From the NCBI RefSeq assembly GCF_963921235.1, contig NC_086097.1, positions 118,732,001-118,796,000 of the forward strand: 64,000 bases of DNA, written 5' to 3'. Positions 11,990 through 23,615 of the stretch are shown in pieces (within the stretch, counting starts at the first letter, position 1; the number at the start of each line of letters is the position of its first letter). This stretch comes from Mobula hypostoma (Eukaryota). A program made the translations under genes and the position numbers. Below the pieces are notes generated by a model. It searched no databases, was not told where the DNA came from, and saw nothing but the letters and a program-made list of their open reading frames with translations.

Positions 11990-12677
11990 TGGGAAATATC
12001 CTAGCTGGTTGCATCATGGACTTATATGGAAACACCAATGCCCAGGAGCGGAAAGGACTACAGAAAGAACTGGATACAATTCAGTCCATCACAGGTAAAG
12101 CCCTCTTCACAACTGAGCATGTTTACATGGAGCACTGCCGCAAGTAAGCACCATCCATCATCAAAAATGGATCGCCCCCAATCCCTGCCATGTTCTCTTC
12201 TTGCTACTACCATCAGGAAGGAGGCACAACAGTCTGAGGTCCCATATCATGGGGTTCAGGAGCAGTTAACATCCTACAAAGATTCAAAGTTCACTTATTG
12301 TCAAAGTATGTACAATCCTGAGATTCTTCTTCCCACAGACAGCCACAAAACAAGAAAAACTACTGAACCCGTTCAAAGAAAAACATTACCCCCCCATACA
12401 CAAAAAAAGCAAATTACACAAATGGCAACAAAAAGAAACAAGCGAGAAAGACAGAATATAAAACACAAAATCAAAAAAGTTCAGGCATATTCAGTTCGGC
12501 TCAGTGTTCGTTATCAACAGGCACACAAAATAGCAACAAAGAAAGAAGAGACCAGAAACCAGAAATACATCATAACGTGAAGAACAGAGTCCAATCCATA
12601 AACCGCATCAATTAAACCTTGCCCAAAACTCAAATCCTCTGACAGCATCATAAGAGAGAGAGAAGGGGAGAGAGAGA

Positions 12678-12720
<43 letters not shown>

Positions 12721-13045
12721 AGAGAGGGAGACCATTCGAATGCAGCAGCCTTTCTCTGGAAGCAGTGAGCAAGAGGCTGTAGATGGCGCTGAACACCCCA
12801 CACCTTCTGCACTTGCCTCGGTGATTTTAATCTTCCTCCATGCTTTAATTTGCGAGATTGGTGAGAAATGGAGTCGATACGACCAACAGGTTTCTGAACC
12901 CGTACAGATAACTTCACTCACCACTGCTCTGAACTGATTCCACAACCAACAGACTCACTTTCAAGGAGTCTACAGCTTATTTTCTCAGTGTTTTATTTAT
13001 TTGCACAATTTTTCTTTTGCACTTCAGTTGCTTATCAATCTTTAC
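11990..13045 (+). mobile_element. Rex1/Babar-type LINE 3' fragment interrupted by another repeat (~12277-12885)
   Basis: NILAGCIMDLYGNTNAQERKGLQK-like translation and a ..LLATTIRKE.. region. The 3' UTR resumes near 12890. Confidence 0.65.
12653..12731. repeat. (GA)n microsatellite
   Basis: Seen directly. Confidence 0.97.
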
Positions 13046-13047
13046 TT

Positions 13048-14122
13048 CTCAGAATCAGAGTCAGAATCAGGTTTATTATCACCGGCATGTGACATGAAAT
13101 TTGTTAACTTAGCAGCAGCAGTTCAATGAAATACATAATCTAGTAGAGAAAAAAATAATAAATAAAATAAAACATAATAATAATAAATATTACATATATT
13201 GAATAGATTTTTTTAAAAAATGTGCAAAAACAGAAATACAGTCGGCCCTCCGTATCCGCGGGTTCCACATCCGCAGATTCAACCAACTGCGGATGGGAAA
13301 AAACCCGAAAGTTCTCTCTGCAGCAATTGTACTTTGAGCATTGTTTGCCTCGCGTCTTGTTCGGTTGCGAAGAAACAATTACCATTCATTTATGTGGGAA
13401 AAATTTTTGAGCGTTCCCAGACCCAAAATATAACCTACCAAATCATACCAAATAATACATAAAACCTAAAATAACACTAACATATTGTAAAAGCAGGAAT
13501 GATATGCTACCAGCAGAAGCAATAGTAACAGCGGCAGCCTTCAAGATTCTTTCTCTCTGCGTGTAAATACAGTAGTATGAATGGTGGATGCAGGCAAGTT
13601 CAACGCACGCACAATGTCTTTATTTTGTTCATCATGATCGAAATGCTTAATTACATCCAGTTTTACGATAAGCGTTACACCCTTATGAACTCTCTTAGGC
13701 TTTTCTGATTCCTTAGGACACTTCTGGCTAATGGATGCACAAAATAAATCAAGATAAAGCACTCTCGCTGCTCGGGGTGCATGCTGCCTCTAAAACAGCT
13801 CGCTGCAAAACGCTGAATGCTATTTTCACTTTCCATAATACCATTACGAGCTCCCTTAGGCTTTTATAGAAGGGACTTGAGCATCCGCGGATTTTGGTAT
13901 CTGCAGGGGGTCCCGGAACCAATCCCCTGCAGATACGGAGGGCCGACTGTACTGTATAATTTTTAAACAGTGAGGTAGTGTCCAAAGATTCAATCTCCAT
14001 TTAGGAATCGGATGGCAGAGGGGAAGAAGCTGTTCCTGAATCGCTGAATGTGTGCCTTCAGGCTTCTGTACCTCCTACCTGATGGTAACAGTGAATAAAG
14101 GGCATGCCCTGGGTGCTGGAGA
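13048..14122 (-). mobile_element. Rex1/Babar-type LINE 3' end, split by a Tigger element
   Basis: (TCTGAT)n tail at 13048. ORF 13990-14373 contains HPGHALYSLLPSGRRYRSLKAHIQRFRNSFFPSAIRFLN. Confidence 0.85.
13239..13949 (-). mobile_element. Tigger/pogo-family internally deleted DNA transposon
   Basis: Perfect 18-bp TIR CAGTCGGCCCTCCGTATC at both ends, with TA TSD (13237-38, 13950-51). ORF 13541-13762 is an N-terminal psq/CENP-B-type HTH remnant (VTLIVKLDVIKHFD..IVRALNLPASTIHT). Confidence 0.95.
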
Positions 14123-14257
14123 ACTATACTTCTGTACAGCTTTTCATGAATTCTATTGTATTTTTTTATTTTCCTCCAAAAGCCTCCAAGAAAATAAATC
14201 TCATGGAAATATATTGTAACATACAGTGGATGTACTTTACCTCCTCTCTTACCTCCT

Positions 14258-15228
14258 TTCAGGGGCCCAATCAGTCCTTCCTGGTGAAGCAACCTATCAC
14301 CTGCAAATCTATTGGTGTTGTCTGCTGTATCCAGTGATCCTGATGCAACCTCCTCTACAGTCGTGAGACCCAATGCAGATCAGGGGATTGCTTAGATGAG
14401 TACCTGTGCCCCATCACAACAATCAGAATTTCCTGGTGGGTATCCATTTTAATTACTATCTCCATTCCCATTCTGACATGTCGGTCGTGGCCCCGGTCTT
14501 CTGCCAGTATGAAGCCACTCTCTGTGTGGAGGAGAAACTCCTCATATTCAGTCTAGTTAACGTCCATTGATTTCTCCTTCCAGAAATACTTTTTCCTCCC
14601 CCTTCCCCTTCCTTCTTTTTCTATTCCTCACTTTGACTTCTTACCTACCACCTCCCCTTGGTAACCGTCTGCCTCCTCTTTCTCCCATGGTCCACTGTCT
14701 CTCCTATCAGATTCCTTCTTCTCCAGCCCCTTGCCTGTTCCAACTATCACCTCCCAGCTCCCTATGTAATCCTCCCTTCCACACCCATGTGACTTGAATT
14801 ATCACCGTCTAGCTAGCCTTCTTCCCCTCCCCTCACCTTTTTATTCTGGTATCTTTCCCCTTCATTTCCAGTACTGATCTGAAAGGTTGAAGAAGAAGAA
14901 GAAGAAGAAGAAAGCCCTTAACTCTGGGTGGAGTCATAGGGACGCTGTCATGATGGCGTTTTTTAGCAGTCTTATTTTTACGAGGCCGAGTTGCTAGCTT
15001 GACTCTCAATCCAGCACAGATGGAAAGCCTACAAGGGAGCCGGCTGGATTTGAACTTGAAAGCCTTTGCTCCGAAGTCCAGCGTTGATGCCACTACGCCA
15101 CCAGACTGCTGAAAGGTTTTCTGTTAATTAATTTCCACAGATGCTACATAACTGGCTGATTTCCTCCAGTATTTTGTGTGTGTTGCTCTGGATTTCAAGC
15201 ATCTGCAGAATCGTTCATGTTTGTGTTT
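14258..15228 (+). mobile_element. Old Penelope-like element 3' part (GIY-YIG region to terminus), interrupted by a SINE
   Basis: Colinear with 52042-52796 (CAGTCCTTCCTGGTGAAGCAAC..., terminal GATTTCAAGCATCTGCAGAAT). Confidence 0.8.
14889..15108 (-). mobile_element. tRNA-derived SINE with (TTC)n tail and 10-bp TSD
   Basis: Reverse strand has an A box TGGCGTAGTGG and a B box GTTCAAATCC. TSD CTGAAAGGTT at 14879-14888 and 15109-15118. Confidence 0.9.
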
Positions 15229-15904
15229 TAAACTATTCTGTTAGCTGGAAGTATCTCCTTCTTTGTGGTGGTGGTGGTGGGGTTGCTTCCCTGCTTAAAT
15301 AGTGGGCATTGGCAGCTAAATTTGCCGTGTAGGTTCGATATGGAAAAGAACTAGTCTTTGAAGATTGGGTTGTTCCAGTATAATATCCCTTTAGTGAGTG
15401 TACCTGTGGTTATTCATATCTAATGGGGTTCAAGGTCTTCACTTGAGTTTAGATCTTTGCAATCAGCAAACCCAACACCATCACAACTAACCCCTAGATT
15501 AGACCCAATTCCACCATTCCATGTTGAGAGGTCACTCTAGGCAAGCTGAATGAATCCTGGATTCAACTGGTACCCAGAACCAAATCCTCAGCCAGCCGAA
15601 CTCCCTGCTTTTCAGGGCCTTTGCCAGTTGTAAGAAGGTGTAAGCGTTCCACTCTTCCACCTCCATGACAAAAAATCCAAATTCAGAATAAATTCAACAT
15701 CCTGGATAAGCAAGAGTTTCCCCGGTTCGTCTCATCTTCTAACTCCCGGAGCATCGAGGAGTCGGTTGCGATTGGTGAGACACTCACCAATGGTCGCTCT
15801 AGATTTCCAGTCGGTAGCTTCCTGCCTCCACTGCACCCTAAGTGGGGTCGCTTTTGGGCAAACTTCCGGACCAGAAATTCACCACAGGTTCCACGGTCTT
15901 CTCC

Positions 15905-16085
15905 CTAGCCTCCAACAATGCTGATAATCGGCAACTCCATCATCAGGAACATCAAGTCAAAGCTAAGTGTGACTGTTTCTTTTCCCAGTCCTAAAGTCTC
16001 TGATAAAATGTATGAGCTCTCTTGCTTGCTAACTGAATACCCTTCTGTAAAATGGATCATTGTGCATGTTGGCACAAATTACAGT
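15905..16085 (+). pseudogene. SGNH/GDSL esterase remnant of a LINE ORF1 (L2/CR1-type)
   Basis: ORF 15918-16118 shows LIIGNSIIRNI..SFP..KV..IIVHVGTN, matching the GDS, FPGA and HVGTND blocks of LINE ORF1 esterases. Confidence 0.75.
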
Positions 16086-16224
16086 GTTCAGCAAAACAAT
16101 CTGCTCTGCTGTGACTAGGATTTTAACATATTCATTCATTAGTCACCTAAAGTATTCCCTTAGATTCTGATTTCTGAGTGTCATTACCTTCTCTGCACAC
16201 CTAAACCTATGGACAATTTAGTGA

Positions 16225-16437
16225 TGGTCCCCTACCCGCTAACCATCCCCCTCACTGGTGTCACCTATCACCTGCAAGTTTGTATTCCTTCGCCTTCCCC
16301 TATCTTCTTGTTCCAGCATCTTCCCCCTTCCTTCCCAATCCTGATGTTGGGTGTTGGCCTAAAAAATCAACTGTATATTCCTCTTTATAGATGTTGCCTG
16401 ATCTGCTAGGTTAATCCAGCACTTTTTATTTGTTGCA
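16225..16437 (+). mobile_element. Old Penelope terminal fragment
   Basis: CCTGATG..GGCCT..AGATGTTGCCTGATCTGCT, homologous to the other terminal segments. Confidence 0.65.
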
Positions 16438-16784
16438 ATTGAAAAGAGAGCTTTTGAATGTTTTAAAAAAGTAAGTAACAGATAAATCAAAATATTGAGA
16501 ATTACAGTATATTGTAATTGAATATTGATTCAATAATAAAATGCTAATCACTGATGAGAATGCTGTAATTCTTCAAATTCTGCCTAAAAATATATCCTGA
16601 GATTTTATTGGTCCACTACTGGTGGCTCACCTTTCAACTGTCGCGTTACTGAGATCCGAAACTCCATCACTAAATCTCTAGCCTCTCCAATCTCCCAGAT
16701 TGTTTAAAAGCATTCCTTAGAGCTTTTTAAAGCTAAACTTAGCACTTAATCATTGCTGCCAACACCCCCTTACATGCCATGCTT

Positions 16785-17252
16785 TGGAGAGGATGATGCC
16801 TGGATTAGAGAGCAGGTTTTATGAACGCTTGAGTGAGATGGGGCTTTCCCTCTTGCAGAGAAGGAGGATGAGAGGTGACTTGATGGAGGTGTACAAGATG
16901 ACAAGAGCTATAGATTGAGTGGACAGCCAAAATTTCTTTTTCCCCTCAGGGCAGAATTGGCTCATACAAGGGGGCATAATTTTAAGATCTTGTGAGAAAA
17001 GTATACGGCTATGTCAGAAAAATGTTCTTTACACTAAGATAGGTGGGTGCATGGAAAGTCCTCCCAGAGGTAGTGATTGAAGAATTTGTAATAAGGACAC
17101 TTAAAAGTAACTTTTCGATAGACACATAGAAGAAAAGAAAATGGAGGGCTATGTGGGAGCGAAGCGTTGGATTAATCTTTGTGTATGTTTAAGGACTGGT
17201 ACAATATTGTGGGCCCAAGAGCCTGCACTGTGCTGTGCTGTTTTATGTTCCA
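16785..17252 (+). mobile_element. CR1 3' end
   Basis: RMMPGLE..RMRGDLMEVYKM-like translation and a CR1-type 3' tail. Confidence 0.8.
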
Positions 17253-18029
17253 TCTTATTGTCAGCAGTTCTTTGGGAGACCTTAAACAATACACAAGTAC
17301 AAGTTATTTAGGGTTTTCTGTTTTTTTTATGGTTGTAATTGTGTTTGGCATTAAAAAGTATATGAAAAGTTTAATGAAACATGTTTATGTAACTGAAGTG
17401 CTAATGAAGACTGCTGGAAACTTTATAGAAGTACTTCACCTGTCAGGTCTTGTTTCCCACTTACACAGAAAATGATAATTCCCTAATGCAAGGTCATTTA
17501 GTGTGCATGAGGAAAAATCCACAGCTCATTTTCACTGCCTAGATTTTGCTTTCGTTTCATTTAGTTTGTTACAAGTCCTATTGTGGAACAAAGCAATTAA
17601 TCTTTGCGCCATCATTAACCGCATCTCAGAAATAAACATTAGTTTTTTGATTGCAAAAGCCGTAGGAATCACTTAGTTGAAAATGATTCACTTTAATATA
17701 ATTACTGTTGGTTCTTGAAGGGTAGCAAACCATTGTATAGCCTTATTAGCCAGCATAAAATAATACATTTTAATTTCATTCTAGATGTTTTTATTATGAA
17801 TAATTTTGATAGATGACTGCATCAATTTCTAATGGGTCGTTCCGTTCCATAGTACATTGATTACAGAACTGGGGATACACTCACTTGACTTTGGGGTATG
17901 TAAGAACATGATAATTAATGTCACGGATGATTACACATTGTGACCAGATAATAATATCAGAATATGTGATGACTAGAAATGCCACTGTGCTCTCATACAT
18001 CAATATTATATTGTACCTAACTGCACATA

Positions 18030-18590
18030 CACTCAGTAGTTACATCATTAGCAACCTCCTGTACCTAACAAAATGGCCACTGAATGTATGTTCATGGGCT
18101 TCTGTTGCTGTCGCCTAACCATTTCAAGATTTGACATGCTGTGCATTCAGAGATGCTCTTCTGCACACCACTGCTCGAAAGCATGGTTACTTGAGTTACC
18201 GTCGCCTTCCTGTCAGCTTGAACCGATCTGGCCATTCTCATCTGACTTCTCTAATTAATAAGGTATTTTTGCACACAGAACTGCTGCTCACTGTTTTTTT
18301 TTAAACACTCTTCTCTGTAAACACTGCAGACTGTGGTATGGAAAATCAGGGATAACCTTCAGTTTGTGAAATATTCAAACCACCCTGTCAGGCAGCAACA
18401 ATGATTCCACAGTCAAAGTCACTTAGGTCTCTTTTCTTCCCCGTGCTGATGTTTGGTCCAAACAATAAATGAACCTTTTGACCATGTCTGCTACTTTTAT
18501 GTATTCAGCTGCTGCCACGTGATTGGCAGATTAGATATCTGCATTAATTACCAAGCATACAGTGGTACCTAATAAAATGGCCACCCAGTG
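18030..18590. mobile_element. Tc1-derived MITE (complete copy)
   Basis: TA-flanked, with CACTCAGT... and ...AATAAAATGGCCACCCAGTG ends. Internal sequence matches five other copies. Confidence 0.9.
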
Positions 18591-20111
18591 TACTTCAACA
18601 CACATTTTGTGAGTTTTCATGAGGTGGGCATTATCCAAATAAATCTTAATTAACCTAATAGAGTTAGAATCCTTATGATAAAATTAATATGCTGATGCAA
18701 AGCATTAAGTTTGAATTTGGGCAACAGAGCGTAAGAGGCAAATTGATTCAATCACCTGGTATTCATCCCTCCTAAATGTTATTTCTATTGACTTCAAAGG
18801 AAATGAAAATCAGGACAGGTTTATTATGGGTGGGTGAATCAGCATTGCTCATTTTATATTTATAGTAAATTTGAAGTCTTCAAAGGGGCTGCAGCAGCTA
18901 TACATATTCCAGAGAGCCAGGGTGTCTAAACCCAGGAAGCTGGAGTGGCCGGTTGCATATTGTAACAGTGTCATTATTATGTAATATTGGGAAAAATAAC
19001 CATTAAACAAGAAAGGTACCTGAACAAATATGCACAGATAGATGAGCCTATCAGTGTAGAAAATACTTCACCTTGTGAGTACTGAATGTGCAATACTGAA
19101 ATCTGTTTCAGTTAAAATGAGTGGAACTGATTTCAGAAGTGTGCCAAAAAATTGGTGTACTGAAGCTCTGTTTTATTTTCTGTTAATCTCAGATCTGGTC
19201 CCCTACTAAAATCAAAAATAGTTTCTGAAATCCATTGCAAAGCAGCACTGAGAAGACTTACACCTAAGAAACAAAGTGGCGAGACATAACTTTGATGATT
19301 GCAAATGATGTCATTCGGTACAGCGCAGCTCCTGATATATGCCTATGCTGCAATCAGAAGAAGGTGTCATCCCCACAAGGCTCACTAACCATAGAACAGT
19401 ACTACTTATGTTGGTTGCCATGAGAAAAACAAGGTCTGCAGGAGAGAGGACATTGCTTCCATTGTATTATAAAGATTCTGTTCCCTGGTCATTGAGATAC
19501 CTGACAGAAGAAAAACTCTATTGCATCAAAGGTGGGGGAACAGAAGACCCCCAAGTCTACCATAAGAAAATTCCCCCTGGAGGTGCCTACAAGAGTCTTC
19601 TTTGGGTGAGAGAATCACTGCAGAATGGGGTAATCTACTGCCCTCGCAGTGCCTTTCTACACAGCTATGCAGTGAGTTAGAAACCTTCTCAAATATCATC
19701 CAAGATGAAAGCTTCCTTCAGGTTTTTTAATGAGTTCTTTCTTGTGAAGAGATATTGCTTTTTCCAAGGGCAAGTAAAGAGAGGATAGGGATATTTGTCT
19801 TTCCATTGTGTGCTTCAAATTGAATCAAATGCTAACTCATGCAGGAAATGATATGAAAACAAGCTTATGTATGGGAAGTAACGTCCATACTCAGCAAACT
19901 GCTCCTCTAGAGGATAGACAGGCAACATGGAATTTCATGGTTTCACTAGTGAAGTCAAGATGATCTTCACAAGACTATTTACACTTCTTAGGAAAGTGAG
20001 GTTTATAATTTTAAGGGAATTATTTAAACCAGGTACTATTCAGCAGAAAGTTCTGAGATGCTACAGCAGGCCACTTAAGTAACTGGAGCAGAAAATCATT
20101 TGCATGCTATG

Positions 20112-21035
20112 ATCAAAGTTCAAAGTACAAAGTAAATTTTATTAACAAAGTGCATATACATGACCATATACGTACTGCCCAGAGATTTATTTTGTTTATT
20201 TATTTATTTATTTGGCGATAGCGTGCAAGAGATGCCCTTCTGGCCCAATGAGCCCTGTAACGCAGCAACCCACCCATTTAACTCAACCTAAATGCATGAC
20301 AATTTACAATGACCACTTAACCTACTAAACGGTATATCTCTGGACTGTGGGAATAAACCGACGCACCCTGAGGAAACTCTCAATATGGAGAAAACATACA
20401 AAATCCATCCAGACAGTGGCAGGGATTGAACTGAGGTTGCTTTCCCTGTAATGGCATTATGCTAACTGCTGCGTTACGCTAACTGCTACGTTTCCGTGCC
20501 ACTCCTGAGGGCATTCACAGTGATCACAAAGAAACACAAAAGAATCAGTGAAAAGCTGCACTCGAACAAAGATGGACAATAAAACAATGTGCTAAAGACA
20601 ACAAATTCTGTACATACAAAAGCAAAATAATAAACAAGTAATTTTGAAAACATAAAGTCCCTGAAAGTGAGTTAATATGGTGCGGATTCAGTTTAATGTT
20701 GAACTATGTGAAATTATCCATTCAGGTTCAGGAGCCTGATGATTGAAGGGTAATAAATATTTCTGAATCTGATGGTGTGGGATCCAAGCTCCTGTACCTC
20801 CTTCCTGATGGCAGCAGCGAGAAGAGAGCATGGCCTAGGTGCCAGGTATCCTTCAGAATGGACATTGCTCTCCTGTGATAGTTCTCCTTGTAGATATCCC
20901 CAGTGGTGGGGGAGGGGGCTTTACCTGTGATGGACTGGACTGTATCTACTACTTCTTGTAGTCTTTTCCATACAAAGATATTGGCGGTTGCATATCAGGC
21001 CATGATGCAACGAGTCAGAATTCTTTCCATCGTAC
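20112..21035 (-). mobile_element. Rex1/Babar-type 3' fragment with a nested SINE (~20190-20500)
   Basis: CTCCTGTACCTCCTTCCTGATGGCAGC (LLPSGRRY on the reverse strand). The SINE has a (TAAA)n tail and a tRNA-like head. Confidence 0.75.
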
Positions 21036-22084
21036 AACATAGCATACCCAAAATGCCTGGCCGAGCAATACAGAACCCAACAAAACAGAACTTAACCAGC
21101 AACAAAACAAACTCCATTTTTCTCTCCTATCCAGATGCACGGACAGTACTCCAACCTCAAGAAAAGCTGTCTTCTTTGGCCTCCACTCTCCACCAGGTTT
21201 CGATTCTTACTCAGAAACACCATCATTGGGCTTTCGACTACCCCAGCAGACTCAGAGAGAATTACAGACTTCTGACTTTCGGTTTGACTTTTGGGTGTCA
21301 ACCTTCAGCATCAAACCTAGGATCCACGGATCACTGAACATCAGTCCTTGAACACTAGACTTGCCAATAATGGGACCCCAAACTCTAGGTCCTGAACTGT
21401 GGTCTCACCAATTCGCGAATCCAAGAGGTCATCGGATTCTGTTCCTCCTGCCTCTATGGAAATCCAACTCCAGAACCCACTGACAACTCGCTGACCCTGG
21501 GCGGGTGCCTCCAGCAAGCATCCGTGCTGGTCTGATTCAGCCAGGCAACATGGCCCAATCCACCAATATGTATTGCATTGTGACTGTTGCAGTCAGATAA
21601 ATCACTTCTTGAGAAGTCAGGAGATAGTTTCCATGCCTGATACTCCCTTATCTTCTGTTGGAAGTGTGCTCAGTTGTTGTTATTAGAGAGAGCTGGGATG
21701 TGAAAGGTTGCTTTTATCTACTGTAATCCATTCCGCTGGGCAGTGTGTGAACTATTGAAAATGTATGGAAATGTCAGCTTTCTCAGAAGGTTTCCCATAA
21801 AGATGTCCATCATGAGGAAATTCTCCTGTTCTAAATGACCTCCATATGAAAAATGTGGAAAGAGGAGAGCCAAATGCTAACAAACCCCGCTGTGATCATC
21901 ATTCAATGAAATCAAATTAGATTATAATATTTTGTAAACATCGTACTTGGTCGAACAGAGCAATTGAAAGTATGTTGGAGATAGCAGGTGCTTAGAAAGA
22001 CTTGGGCAAGAATGACTGAAAGATACGTGACCTTGATCTCCATGGAGAGAGGAGGCTAGACATGAGGATGCAACACACCTCAGT

Positions 22085-22666
22085 GATACACACAAAATGC
22101 TGGAAAATCTCAGCAGGTGAGACAGCATCTGAGGAGAAGAATAAACAGTCACCTCATATTCTGTCTGGGTAGCCTCTAACTTGACAGCTTGAAAATTGAT
22201 TTCTCTAAATTCCAGTTATTTCCATCCCATTCAATTCTCTCTTTTTTTCCCATGATCTATTCTGATTCCCCTCTTTTTCCTTCTCTTCTCCTCAGCTGCC
22301 CATCACCTCCTCCAGTGCCCCTCCCCCTCCTTCCCTTTCTCCGATGGTATACTATCTTCTCCTATCAGATTCCTTCCTCCTCAGCCCTTTATTTTTCTAC
22401 CTATCACCTCACAGATACTCACTTCACTGTTCCTTGATCACCCATTGACCTTCCCTTTCACCTGCTTTCACCTATAACCTGTCAGCTGGTACTCCTCCTT
22501 ATTATCATTCTGGCATCTTCCCCTTATCTTTTCAGTCCTGATGAGGGGAGCCAAAACGTTGACTGCTTATTCCTTTCCATAGATGCTGTTTGACCTGCTA
22601 AGTTTTTCCTGCATAGTATGTGTGTATTACTCTAGATTTCCAGTATCTTCAGAATCTCTTGTGTTT
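22085..22666 (+). mobile_element. Old Penelope 3' end preceded by an inverted copy of its own terminus (22085-22151)
   Basis: ACACACAAAATGCTGG...AACAGTCA is the approximate reverse complement of 22560-22625. A decayed hammerhead is present at ~22534-22565. Confidence 0.85.
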
Positions 22667-22894
22667 AGAACCATAGAACCATAGAGCACTACAGCACAGA
22701 AAACAGGCCATTCTGCCCTTCTAGTCTGTGCCGAAACATTATTCCACTTGTCCCATTGACCTGCATCCAGTCTATAACCCTCCAGACCTCTCCCATCCAT
22801 GTACCTATCCAATTTATTCTTAAAACTCATGAGTGAGTCTGCAGTTACCATGTCAGATGGCAGCTCATTCCACACTCTCACCACTCTCTGAGTG
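22667..22894 (-). mobile_element. CR1 3' end
   Basis: (TGGTTCTA)n tail. TQRVVRVWNELP..FKNKLDRYM in ORF 22627-22938. Confidence 0.9.
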
Positions 22895-23280
22895 ACACAC
22901 ATCAAAGTTGCTCGTGAACGCAGCAGGCCAGGCAGCATCTCTAGGAAGAGGTACAGTCGACGTTTCGGGACCAGACCCTTCGTCAGGACTAACTGAAGAA
23001 AGAGCTAGTAAGAGATTTAAAAGTGGGAGGGGGAGGGGGAGATCCAAAATGATCGGAGAAGACAGGAGGGGGAGGGATGGAGCCAAGAGCTGGACAGGTG
23101 ATTGGCAAAAGGGACATGAGAGGATCATGGGACAGGAGGCCCAGCGAGAAGGAAAGAGGGGAGGAGGGGTAAAATACCCAGAGGATGGGCAAGGGGTATA
23201 GTCAGAGGGACAGAGGGAGAAAAGGGAGAGAAAGAGAAAGAATGTGTGTATATGAATAAATAACGGATGGGGTACGAGGG
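22895..23280 (-). mobile_element. Young Penelope-like terminal region, same subfamily as 52042-52796
   Basis: The reverse complement is nearly identical to 52380-52758 (compare ORFs 22865-23389 and 52369-52851). Confidence 0.92.
22955..22990 (-). ncRNA. Minimal type I hammerhead ribozyme motif (intact core)
   Basis: Reverse strand reads AGTC CTGACGA A GGG TCTGGT CCC GAAA CGTC GACT: stem I AGTC/GACT, core CUGANGA, stem II GGG/CCC, GAAA, and a GUC cleavage triplet. Confidence 0.85.
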
Positions 23281-23281
23281 T

Positions 23282-23615
23282 TACATCCACATGACCAGTT
23301 AACCTACTGACCCGTACATTCACATGACCAATTAATGTACCGACCCATACATCCACATGATCAATTAACCTACCGACCCGTACATCCACGTGACCAATTA
23401 ACCTACCGACTCATCCATCCATGTGACCAATTAACCTACCGACCCATCCATCCATGTGACCAATTAACCTACCGACCCGTACGTCCACGTGACCAATTAA
23501 CCCACCGACCCATCCATCCACGTGACCAATTAACTTACAGACCCGAATATCACGTGACCAATTGACCTACTGACCCAAACATCCACGTGACCAATTAACC
23601 TACTGACCCGTACAT
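23282..23615. repeat. 33-bp minisatellite (~10 units) expanded from a SINE segment; the SINE continues to ~23745 (-)
   Basis: Unit CCGTACATCCACGTGACCAATTAACCTACCGAC. ORF 23335-23565 shows 11-aa periodicity. Confidence 0.95.

Noticed and set aside
12026..12945. 184-aa and 143-aa ORFs
   Set aside because: They cross a LINE fragment, an A-rich repeat and a (GA)n tract; chimeric low-complexity translations.
15030..15108. tRNA gene on the minus strand
   Set aside because: A/B boxes are present, but the sequence continues into a SINE body with tail and TSD; it is a SINE head.
19339..19680. 113-aa ORF in apparently unique sequence
   Set aside because: No recognisable domain and no convincing splice-site pair; length is compatible with chance. 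BLASTX would settle it.
23282..23615. CRISPR array or 11-aa repeat protein (ORF 23335-23565)
   Set aside because: Head-to-tail 33-bp minisatellite derived from a SINE; the ORF exists only because the unit length is a multiple of 3.
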